Positions 9,490 through 16,860 of a stretch of DNA of 24,000 bases are shown here, piece after piece (the first letter of the stretch is position 1; the number at the start of each line of letters is the position of its first letter). The stretch is from Bordetella genomosp. 13. Its GTDB lineage: Bacteria; Pseudomonadota; Gammaproteobacteria; Burkholderiales; Burkholderiaceae_B. The notes under the pieces are model-generated. The model had not been told where the DNA came from, did not search any database, and saw nothing but the letters and a program-made list of their open reading frames with translations. The stretch covers positions 270,235-294,234 of the forward strand of contig NZ_VEHL01000002.1 in NCBI RefSeq assembly GCF_007679965.1. Reading direction: 5' to 3'. The translations under genes and the position numbers were made by a program.

Positions 9490-9516
9490 GGCGGAACCCG
9501 GGTCCGGGATTCCGCC
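9490..9516 (-). terminator. Rho-independent terminator downstream of creD (potentially bidirectional)
   Basis: GGCGGAACCCGG / CCGGGATTCCGCC forms an ~11-bp stem with one bulge. On the - strand it is followed by TTCTTCCTTT, and on the + strand by TTTT. It lies 78 bp after the creD stop. Confidence 0.6.
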
Positions 9517-9593
9517 TTTTCGATCGGCACTCGCCACGCGGTCAGGGCCTGCGGCCCGGAACCGCCCGGAACGTCAGGCTGCCATGTCCATGC

Positions 9594-11021
9594 TCAGGGC
9601 ACCGGCGGCAGGGCGGATTGCGGGGCGGCCTGCAAGGGCGCGGCCTGCGTCGGCGCCGCCGCCTTGTCGCTGCCCAGCACGCCGTACCAATCCAGCTTGC
9701 GGGTGGCCAGCATCACCGCGGCCAGCACGGCGAACAACAGCAGCGAGCCCATCATCAACGCCGCCTGCTCGCTTTGCAGCACCACATACAGCGCGCCGTA
9801 CAGGCCGCCCACGCCCAGCCCGAATCCCAGGCCCGTGCGCTTGCCGCCCATCGCGTAGCTGACGTACACGGCCAGCAGCAGGCTGCACGCGGCGCTGGCG
9901 CAAGCGTAGGCCCAGCCGAAGGGCATGTGCTCGGACAGGCTGAGCAGCAGCAGGAAGAAGATGCTGAGCGCGCTGCCCACCAGCAGGTATTGCATGGGGT
10001 GCACGCGCAGGCGGCGCAGCAGTTCCAGCATGCCGACCGCGATGAAGGTCAGGCCCACGAACAGCATGCCGTACTTCACCGCCCGCGAACTGAGCGAGTA
10101 CGGATTGACCGGATCGAAGAAGGCCACGCCGAAGCTTTCCACGCACGAGCCGGGCTCCGGGCCGTATTCCTGGCGCATGTCGACGGCGCACAGCGGCACG
10201 CTGCGGCCGTAGTCGGCGGGCGCGGTGGTCGCCAGCGAGAAGACGCGCCAGGTGGCCTCGAACCCCTGGTCGGTGACGGTGCGTTCGGCGGGCAGGAAGC
10301 GGCCGCCGAAAGAGGGGTGGGGCCAGTCGGCGTTCATCTTCACCTGCGTGGATTCGGCCACCGGCGCGAACGACAGCTGGGCCGTGCCCTGCAGTTCCAG
10401 CGTGACGTCGGCGCTCAGCTCGCGTCCGGCGGCCGCGGTCTCGTCCAGCTCCATGTGGAAGCCGCGCGGGTAGCCGGGATGCTGCGTGCCCGGCTGGATC
10501 GCCACGTCGCGGCCATTGACGGCGGCGTGCGCCGAGCGGATGCCGCGTGCGTCCATCAGCGCCAGCATCAGCGTGGGGGCTTCGCATTGCACGCGGCCGT
10601 CGGCATGTTCGGAGCGGGGCGGCAGCATGGCGTCCGAGGCCGGCCATTGCGCCTTCAGCCGCATTTTTGCGGCATAGGTGTCGATGCGGAAGATGCCGCG
10701 ATAGCGCGGATCCTGGTCGACCTGCGCGTCGACCTGCAGCGTGCCGGGCGGCGCGGTCAGCATGAAGCTGCGGCGCTCGTTGCGCAGCTTGCGCGCGGCG
10801 CCTTCGCCGTCCCAGGCCTGCCATTGCTCGGTGCAGTAGCGCTGCAGCACGGGACCCATCAGCGTCTGCTTGCCGACCTGGTCCTGCTCGACGTTCATTT
10901 CCGCGGTGCGCTGGTTGCCGTGGCGTTCGTGGACGATGTCGCCGATGCTGATCAGGCCAAAGGCCAGGCACGCCAGGACCAGCAACAACGCCGCTCCCTT
11001 CACGATCACAGGGCTTTTCAT
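9594..11021 (-). CDS. creD: Cell envelope integrity inner-membrane protein CreD
   Basis: 475-aa ORF. Segments 'NADWPHPSFGGRFLPAERTVTDQGFEATW' and 'RAVKYGMLFVGLTFIAVGMLELLRRLRVHPMQYLLVGSALSIFFLLLLSLSEH' align closely with my recollection of E. coli CreD (…NWPHPSFLGDFLPAKREVSESGFQAHW…, …RLHPMQYLLVGLSLVMFYLLLLALSEH…). Confidence 0.9.
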   Translation of the reverse strand: MKSPVIVKGAALLLVLACLAFGLISIGDIVHERHGNQRTAEMNVEQDQVGKQTLMGPVLQRYCTEQWQAWDGEGAARKLRNERRSFMLTAPPGTLQVDAQVDQDPRYRGIFRIDTYAAKMRLKAQWPASDAMLPPRSEHADGRVQCEAPTLMLALMDARGIRSAHAAVNGRDVAIQPGTQHPGYPRGFHMELDETAAAGRELSADVTLELQGTAQLSFAPVAESTQVKMNADWPHPSFGGRFLPAERTVTDQGFEATWRVFSLATTAPADYGRSVPLCAVDMRQEYGPEPGSCVESFGVAFFDPVNPYSLSSRAVKYGMLFVGLTFIAVGMLELLRRLRVHPMQYLLVGSALSIFFLLLLSLSEHMPFGWAYACASAACSLLLAVYVSYAMGGKRTGLGFGLGVGGLYGALYVVLQSEQAALMMGSLLLFAVLAAVMLATRKLDWYGVLGSDKAAAPTQAAPLQAAPQSALPPVP

Positions 11022-11094
11022 GGACTTTCCTCTCTCCGTCGGGTGTTCGATGCTGGGCAGTCTGAACGGGGAGGGTGAGCAGGCGATGAAGTGT

Positions 11095-11110
11095 GTGAAG
11101 GGAGTGTGAA
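11095..11110 (-). promoter_or_regulatory. cre-tag (putative CreB binding site) upstream of creD
   Basis: The + strand reads GTGAA-gggagt-GTGAA, which is TTCAC-ACTCCC-TTCAC on the creD strand. This matches the E. coli CreB 'cre tag' consensus TTCACnnnnnnTTCAC exactly. It lies 74-89 bp upstream of the creD ATG (11021). Confidence 0.55.
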
Positions 11111-11302
11111 GTGTCGGGATGATGAACGCGTTCAGGCGTTAGCGGCTTTCCTGATGACGCTTGCGATCCACTGGTTGAGGCTTTCCTCGTGCGCGGCCGC
11201 GGCTGCGGCGGCGGCTTGGTGGATTGCAGGAGGAACGCGAAGCACAAACTTGCCGGAGAAATCCTTGCGGGGTTCGACACCGCCAGCACTTATGAGACTT
11301 TT

Positions 11303-12739
11303 CTACACCGCCGGAAACCGCAGTCTTGCCACCAGCCCCGGCTGTGCCCGCACCAGCTCCAGCGTGCCGCCATGCAGCGCCATCACCTGTTCGACGATGG
11401 CCAGGCCCAGGCCGCTGCCCTTGTCGCCGCCCTCGGGCCGGGCGGTGGAGTAGAAGCGCTTGCCCAGCTGCGGCAGGGCATAGTCCGGCACGCCCGGGCC
11501 ATGGTCGCGCAGTTCGAACAACACGTGCGGGCCGTCGCGCCACACGGACAGGTCCAGCGCGGCGCCGGCCGGCGAGAAGTCCAGCGCGTTGGCCAGCAGG
11601 TTGCCGATGGCCAGTTCGGCCAGTTCGGGGTCGCCGCGGATTTCGGCGGCTTCCTGCCGCAGCCAGCGCACCTGCAGGCCGCGCTGGCCGATGCGCGCCT
11701 GCTGGGCCTGCAGGGCGTCCAGGGCGCAGTTGTCCACGCGCATGCGCTGCGCGTGGGCCAGGCTGCCGCGGGTTTCCAGCTTGGACAGTTCCAGCAGGCG
11801 GTCGACCAGCACGCGCAGGCGTTCGGACTGGTCCAGCACCTGCGCCGCGAACAGCTCGCGGTCGGCCGCGGGCAGCGGGTCCTGCAGCAGTTCGCCGGCG
11901 CCGCGGATCGCGGCCAGCGGGCTTTTCAGTTCATGGGTGAAGGCGCGCACCACCTGTTCCATGTGCTGCCGGCCTTCCAGGCGCAGGCGCATATCCTCCA
12001 TGGCGTGCGCAAGGTCGCCCAGCTCGCCGGGCAGGCGCGGCACGGCCAGCACCTGGCCGGCCTGCACGTGCTGCGCGTAATGGCGCAACCGGCGCACCGA
12101 CCAGACGATCCATATCGTGACCAGCACGCCCACCAGCAGCGACAGCCCGAACAGCCACGCGCCGGCCACCAGCACCTTGCGCTCGGCGCGGGCGACGAAG
12201 CGCGCGACCGAGGAGGCGGGCTTGGATACCGTCAGAACGCCCAGCAGCTGGCCGTCGCGCCGCACGGGGGCGGCCACGTACATGGTGCCGTCCTCGGTCT
12301 TCTGGGCGGCGTCGTGCGTCGAGCGGGCGCCGTACTCGCCGCGCAGCGTGCGCATCACGTCGTTCCAGCGGGAATAGTCCTGGCCCACCGCGGACGGCGT
12401 GCGGGAATCGAGCACCACGCGGCCGGTGGCGTCGGTGACGTACACACGGAAATCCAGCGAACGCTTGTCCAGTCCCCAGATGCGTGCATTGACGGGACGG
12501 GTGGCGTAGTCGCGGATGCTGCGGGCCAGGTCGCTGTCCTCCAGCGTGCCGCCAGGCGGCATGGCGGCCAGCGGTCCGGCGGCCTGTTCAGCCAGCAGGT
12601 TGGACGTGTCGACCAGGATGTCTTCCATCACTTCACGCGCGCTGGGCTTGATCTCCGCCATGAAGACGCGCAGCACGAACACGGCCGCCAGGCCGGCGAT
12701 CAGGAAGAACCCGAGCAGAAGGCGCAGGCCCAGTTTCAT
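11303..12739 (-). CDS. creC: Two-component sensor histidine kinase CreC
   Basis: 478-aa ORF. The N-terminus MKLGLRLLLGFFLIAGLAAVFVLRVFMAEIKPSAREVMED parallels E. coli CreC (MRIGMRLLLGYFLL…VKEVKPGVR…). It has two TM segments flanking a periplasmic domain, the H-box FTHELKSPLAAIRG, and HATPase motifs (LLANALDFS, DHGPGVP, GSGLGLAIV). Confidence 0.9.
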   Translation of the reverse strand: MKLGLRLLLGFFLIAGLAAVFVLRVFMAEIKPSAREVMEDILVDTSNLLAEQAAGPLAAMPPGGTLEDSDLARSIRDYATRPVNARIWGLDKRSLDFRVYVTDATGRVVLDSRTPSAVGQDYSRWNDVMRTLRGEYGARSTHDAAQKTEDGTMYVAAPVRRDGQLLGVLTVSKPASSVARFVARAERKVLVAGAWLFGLSLLVGVLVTIWIVWSVRRLRHYAQHVQAGQVLAVPRLPGELGDLAHAMEDMRLRLEGRQHMEQVVRAFTHELKSPLAAIRGAGELLQDPLPAADRELFAAQVLDQSERLRVLVDRLLELSKLETRGSLAHAQRMRVDNCALDALQAQQARIGQRGLQVRWLRQEAAEIRGDPELAELAIGNLLANALDFSPAGAALDLSVWRDGPHVLFELRDHGPGVPDYALPQLGKRFYSTARPEGGDKGSGLGLAIVEQVMALHGGTLELVRAQPGLVARLRFPAV

Positions 12740-12770
12740 GGGCGGTCCTCGGTGCGTGGGGCGGGCGGGG

Positions 12771-12929
12771 CGCTCCGGTATTCACCCTTGAGGCGGCTCT
12801 GCGGGGTCATGGGGATACCTTCGTGCTGCGCACTCCGGTATTCACCCTTGAGGCGGCTCGGCGGCTCATCGGGAAACCTTCGTGCTGCGCACTTCGGTAT
12901 TCGCCCTTGAGGCGGCTCGGCGGGCTCAT
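12771..12929. repeat. Tandem 59-60 bp repeat, 2 full copies plus 1 partial, filling the creB-creC spacer
   Basis: On the + strand the copies are 12870..12929 (60 nt), 12811..12869 (59 nt) and a partial copy at 12771..12810. They share …ccttcgtgctgcgcac(t/c)(c/t)cggtattc(a/g)cccttgaggcggctc(g/t)gcgg(g)(c/g)tcat with few mismatches. Each ends in 'tcat', which is ATGA on the coding strand. Confidence 0.85.
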
Positions 12930-13627
12930 GCCTGCGGTAGTTCCAGCGAATATCCCAGGCCGCGGTGCGTGACGATGGGATCGAGGTCGGGACGGATCTC
13001 GCGCAGCTTGGCGCGCAGCGTCTTGATGTGCGTGTCGACGGTGCGGTCGCCGCTGTCGGCGCTGTGGCCCCACACCGCGTCCAGCAGCGCGTCGCGCGTG
13101 TGGATGCGGCCGGGGGTGTGCAACAGGCGTTGCAGCAGGCCCAGTTCGCGCCGCGTCAGCGCCAGCCATTGGCCGCTGAAGCGGATGCGGCTGCCGGCTT
13201 CGTCCACACCGAACAAGGGTTCGGCCAGGGCGGGGGGCACGGTCACCGGGGAGGGCATGCGGCTGCGGCGCAGCAGCGCCCGCACGCGCGCCACCAGCTC
13301 GCGCGGGCTGAAGGGCTTGGCGATATAGTCGTCCGCGCCCAGTTCCAGGCCCAGCACGCGGTCGATCTCGTCGCTGCGCGCGGTCAGCAGGATCAAGGGC
13401 AAGGTGGAGCCCGTCTGCCGCAGCTCGCGGCACAGGTCCAGGCCGCTGCCGTCGGGCAGGCCGACGTCCAGCACAGCCAGGTCGGGCGGGGTCGCGCCGG
13501 ACAGGATCCGCCGCGCCAGGGCGACCAGGGGCACGTGTTCCACCGCCAGGCCCTCGCGTTCGAAGGTATAGGCGATGGTGCGCGCGATGGCGGGGTCGTC
13601 TTCGAGCAGAAGCAGGCGTGGCGTCAT
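12926..13627 (-). CDS. creB: OmpR-family two-component response regulator CreB
   Basis: The receiver is [15 protein letters not shown]…[10 protein letters not shown]…[41 protein letters not shown], very similar to E. coli CreB (…[41 protein letters not shown]). It is followed by a winged-helix output domain. I prefer the ATG at 13627 over the track's upstream GTG at 13660. Confidence 0.9.
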   Translation of the reverse strand: [233 protein letters not shown]

Positions 13628-13742
13628 GGCAGGCGGAGCGGGGTCGGCGGGCAGGGACACGGACAGCGGCAGCGTGCATCATGCCGCATGTGCGTGGCCC
13701 CGTTCCAGCAGAATCCTACCGCGCCCCCGCCTCGCGGGGCCG

Positions 13743-14630
13743 CTAGAAGCGGTAGAGCCGCGCCGGATTGTCGACCAGGATCCTGTTTCGCAGCCCGGAA
13801 TCCGGCAGCCAGCGGTACAGGGTATTGAGCAACGTGCCGTCGTTCGGCACGGCGCCCGCCTCGAAATAATTGATGTGCGGCCAGTCCGTTCCCCAGACGA
13901 TGCGCTCCGGATTGGCGGCGATCAGCGCGCGCACGTAGGGGTCGATGTCGCGGTAGTCGTCGCGCTGGTTGGTGTTGCGGTCGGCGCCGGAAATCTTGGT
14001 CCATGCGCGGCCGCTGGCCAGCATGCGGCAAAGCTGCTGGAATCCGGGGTCGCCGGTGCCCAGCGAGGCGTTCATGCGGCCCATGTGGTCGACCACCAGG
14101 GGAACTTCCAGCTTATCCAGGCGCGGCGCCAGGTCGGTCAGGTCGGGCGCGTGGATCCATATCTGCGCGTGCATGTCCAGCTCGCGCATGGCGGGCGCCA
14201 GCGCCTCCAGGGCTTCCAGGCCGACGCCGTTCTTGTAGACCTTGGCGCCGCCCACGGCATACAGGTTGAAGCGCAGGCCGCACACGCCGGCGCGGCGCCA
14301 TGTGCGCAGCGTGTCCGCGGCGGTGTCCGCGTCGGCCACCGCCACGCCTCTCAGCCTGCCGGGATGCGCCGCCAGGGCGTCCAGCATGGACCGGTTGTCG
14401 GTGCCGTACGCGCTGGCGGTCACGATCACGCCGCGCTCGAAGCCGATGGCGTCCAGGTGCTTCAGCAAGCGCTCGCAAGGGTTCTCGGGCGGCGTGTAGC
14501 TGCGCTCGGCCGCCAGCGGGTAGCGGTCGCCGGGGCCGAAGATATGGACATGGCTGTCGCAGGCACGGGCGGGAACGTCGAACTGCACGCGCTCCACGGC
14601 GTCATGCGGCGGTAGGCAGGGTCTGGACAT
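13743..14630 (-). CDS. Amidohydrolase-2 family metal-dependent hydrolase (2-pyrone-4,6-dicarboxylate lactonase/LigI-like, COG3618-type)
   Basis: 295-aa ORF. The N-terminal 'ACDSHVHIFGP…YP…YTPPE' and later 'VVDHMGR' and 'WGTDWPH' are characteristic metal-ligand motifs of this family. It starts 30 bp downstream of the Bug gene on the same strand. Confidence 0.8.
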   Translation of the reverse strand: MSRPCLPPHDAVERVQFDVPARACDSHVHIFGPGDRYPLAAERSYTPPENPCERLLKHLDAIGFERGVIVTASAYGTDNRSMLDALAAHPGRLRGVAVADADTAADTLRTWRRAGVCGLRFNLYAVGGAKVYKNGVGLEALEALAPAMRELDMHAQIWIHAPDLTDLAPRLDKLEVPLVVDHMGRMNASLGTGDPGFQQLCRMLASGRAWTKISGADRNTNQRDDYRDIDPYVRALIAANPERIVWGTDWPHINYFEAGAVPNDGTLLNTLYRWLPDSGLRNRILVDNPARLYRF

Positions 14631-14660
14631 GGTCTCGTTTTCGGTGGGTCGGTTTCGGGG

Positions 14661-15623
14661 TCATTGCGACAGCTTGCCTGCCTCGCTCAGCCGCTTCGCC
14701 TGCGCGCTTTCCTGGTCGATCATGGCGGAGAATGCGTCGGGCGCGGACCATCTGGCGGTGCTGCCGATCGCCTCCAGCGATGTCTTCACGGTCTCGTCCC
14801 GGGCCACTTCCTGCAGGGCGGCGTTGAGTTTCCGGACGATCTCGGCCGGCGTGGCCTTCGGCACCAGGATGCCGGTGCTCGTGGACGCGTCGATGCCCTG
14901 CACGCCCGATTCCTTGAGCGTCGGGATGCCGGCAAGCGAGGGCACGCGGTCCGCGGTCATCACGGCCAGGGCCTTCAGCTTGCCCCCGCCGATCAGGTTG
15001 GCCGAACTGCTGAGTTGGTCGATGACCATGTCCACCTGGCCGCCGGCCAGGTCCACCAGCGCGGGGCCGGAGCCCTTGTACGAAATGGCCGTGAACTTGC
15101 AGCCGGTCGCTTCCTGCAGATTGATCAGCGCGACGTAGTTGGTGGTGCCGATGCCGGAATGTCCCACGGTCACTTTTCCGGGGTTGTCGCAGGCCGCCTT
15201 CAGCAGGCCCTTGATGTCCTGGTACTTGCCGGCGGAATTGACGTCTATCAGCAAGGGTGTGTTGGCGATCATCCCGGCCGACGTGAAATCGCCGGCCTTG
15301 TAGCCCGTCGAGGCCATGAACGGCGCGACGGCGATGGCGTTGGGCGTGGTGACCAGGAGGGTATAGCCGTCCGGCTCGGCCTTGGCGACCTGCGTGGCGC
15401 CGATGATGCCGCCAGCGCCGGGCTTGTTGAGCACGACCACGGTGGCCTTCAGGGCCTTGCCGAGCGCGGGCGCGACCAGGCGGGCGGTGATGTCCAGGTT
15501 GCCGCCCGGCGCGAACGGAACCACCAGGGTGATCGGCCGGTCGGGGTAGTCGGCGTGCGCCAGCGCCGGCGCCAGCGACGTACAGAGGCAGGCGAGCGGC
15601 AGCGCGAGCGGTTTCAGGTTCAT
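14661..15623 (-). CDS. Bug-family (TctC-like) periplasmic substrate-binding protein
   Basis: I place the start at the internal ATG (15623), giving MNLKPLALPLACLCTSLAPALAHA/DYPDRPITLVVPF with SD GGAGA 5 nt upstream. Family motifs are VVLNKPGAGG, GHSGIGTTNY and AISYKGSG. The track ORF's extra 51 N-terminal residues run into the divergent LysR promoter. Confidence 0.9.
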   Translation of the reverse strand: MNLKPLALPLACLCTSLAPALAHADYPDRPITLVVPFAPGGNLDITARLVAPALGKALKATVVVLNKPGAGGIIGATQVAKAEPDGYTLLVTTPNAIAVAPFMASTGYKAGDFTSAGMIANTPLLIDVNSAGKYQDIKGLLKAACDNPGKVTVGHSGIGTTNYVALINLQEATGCKFTAISYKGSGPALVDLAGGQVDMVIDQLSSSANLIGGGKLKALAVMTADRVPSLAGIPTLKESGVQGIDASTSTGILVPKATPAEIVRKLNAALQEVARDETVKTSLEAIGSTARWSAPDAFSAMIDQESAQAKRLSEAGKLSQ

Positions 15624-15731
15624 TATTGTCTCCTTGATTTTTCGAGGCGGTGCATGCAGGCTCGAAAGGCCCGTGAGCCGCAAGTCTAGGCAGCGCCGGG
15701 TCTGGCCGACAGACTCGGAAATCGAAGAGGT

Positions 15732-15748
15732 GTTTAATTTATTTAAAC
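15732..15748. promoter_or_regulatory. LysR-type T-N11-A palindromic box in the divergent intergenic region
   Basis: GTTTAA-tttat-TTAAAC has 6-bp perfect arms and contains T-N11-A. It lies 27 bp upstream of the LysR ATG (15775) and ~109 bp upstream of the divergent Bug ATG (15623). Confidence 0.4.
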
Positions 15749-15774
15749 GCGCGGGAAATTCACCGGCAGGCACC

Positions 15775-16722
15775 ATGGAACTGCGGCAAATAAACTATTT
15801 CATCTCGGTCGTGGAATTCGGCAGCATGGGCAAGGCCGCCCTGGCGCTGGGCGTGACGGCCTCGACGCTGAGCCAGCAGATCAGCCGCCTGGAAAGCGAG
15901 CTGTCCACGGTGCTGCTGCAGCGCTTCTCCACCGGCGTCGTGCCCACCGAGGCCGGGCTGGAATTCCTGCGCCGCGCCAAGACGGTGATGCACCACGTCG
16001 AGATGGCGGCGACCGCCACGCAAAGCGAAAGGCTGTCCGGCAAGGTCAGCATCGGGATGGCGCCCACGATCGCGCTCAAGCTCGCGCTGCCGTTGCTGCG
16101 CGCCATGCAACAGCGCTATCCGAAGATACGCGTGCAGATCGTCGAGGGCATGTCCGGCCACCTGACCACGCTGTTCGAGGCGCGCAAGCTCGATTTCCTG
16201 ATCCGTTTCGACATCGGCGACAACCCCAGGCTGGGGATTTTTCCGCTGCTGCGGGAGAACCTGTTCGTCATCGGGATGCGCGACCTGCCGGGCATGCCGG
16301 ACGCGCGAGGCTTCGGCATCGAACACCTGGGGGCGCTGCCGCTGGTGATGCCGACCGGCCAGCACACCTTGGTCAACCTCATCATGAACGCCTTCCGGCT
16401 GAAGAACGTGCGGCCGAACATCGTGCTGGAGGTCGACGGCCTGAACACCTTGATGGGCGCGGTCCAGGAGGGCATGGGCGCGGCGATCCACCCGAGTTCC
16501 GCGCTGGCGCTCATCCGCGGCGAAGGCATCGTTGCGCTGCCCATCGTCGATGCCTCGCTGTTTCGCACCAGCATCCTGATCGGGCAGCCCGACGCAGAGC
16601 TGACGCCGGCGGCATTGGCGACGCGCATCACGTTGAAAAGCGTCGCGCGTACACTCATCGAGGACGGTCGATGGGAAGGCGCCGCCCTGGAGCCGCGCTT
16701 GCCGGACCCGCCGCAGCGATAG
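15775..16722 (+). CDS. LysR-family transcriptional regulator
   Basis: From the internal ATG at 15775 the protein begins MELRQINYFISVVEFGSMGKAALALGVTASTLSQQISRLE, a classic LTTR N-terminal HTH. A ~200-aa substrate-binding domain follows. It is divergent from the Bug/amidohydrolase pair. Confidence 0.9.
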   Translation: MELRQINYFISVVEFGSMGKAALALGVTASTLSQQISRLESELSTVLLQRFSTGVVPTEAGLEFLRRAKTVMHHVEMAATATQSERLSGKVSIGMAPTIALKLALPLLRAMQQRYPKIRVQIVEGMSGHLTTLFEARKLDFLIRFDIGDNPRLGIFPLLRENLFVIGMRDLPGMPDARGFGIEHLGALPLVMPTGQHTLVNLIMNAFRLKNVRPNIVLEVDGLNTLMGAVQEGMGAAIHPSSALALIRGEGIVALPIVDASLFRTSILIGQPDAELTPAALATRITLKSVARTLIEDGRWEGAALEPRLPDPPQR

Positions 16723-16860
16723 ATTCCCGCAGGACGGACCACGGGTGCGCCTGGGCCCGTTTCCGCCGCGCCGGGGACCGGCCGTCCAGAAGGATTAAAC
16801 TGGCACGATACCCCGACGCGCCACGCGCCGGCACACCGACCCACTTTTACGCCAGCGAAA

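Noticed and set aside
9210-9530. 106-aa - strand ORF across the AT-rich island
   Set aside because: It runs through the creD terminator hairpin and overlaps the kinase start out of frame. It has no RBS, and its codon usage is atypical only because the DNA is AT-rich intergenic.
9477-11078. 533-aa + strand ORF, plus the 571-aa - strand ORF at 9574..11289
   Set aside because: Both overlap creD in other frames or on the other strand. CreD identity is strongly supported by motif matches, while these translations are low-complexity Arg/Gly/Ala/His.
11132-11245. 37-codon GTG-initiated ORF on the - strand in the creC-creD spacer (VLRVPPAIHQAAAAAAAAHEESLNQWIASVIRKAANA)
   Set aside because: There is no Shine-Dalgarno sequence, the start is non-ATG, and it has a poly-Ala core produced by a GCC/GCG-rich run. 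The region is better explained as the creD promoter/cre-tag region.
11189-12910. 573-aa + strand ORF
   Set aside because: It is antisense to creC and runs through the tandem repeat. No motifs are present. It is a shadow ORF.
12807-12929. 40-codon ORF starting at the ATGA that overlaps the creB stop and running through the tandem repeat
   Set aside because: Repeat units of 60 and 59 nt are read in different frames (MSPPSRLKGEYRSAQHEGFP, then MSRRAASRVNTGVRSTKVSP). Conservation is therefore at the DNA/RNA level, not the peptide level. There is no SD beyond coupling to creB. It is kept only as a possible coupling uORF within the repeat finding.
16801-16816. TGGCAC hexamer upstream of ilvE that resembles a sigma-54 -24 element
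   Set aside because: The required GC/TTGC -12 element at the correct spacing is absent (TGGCACgataCCCCGA). No enhancer-binding-protein context is present.
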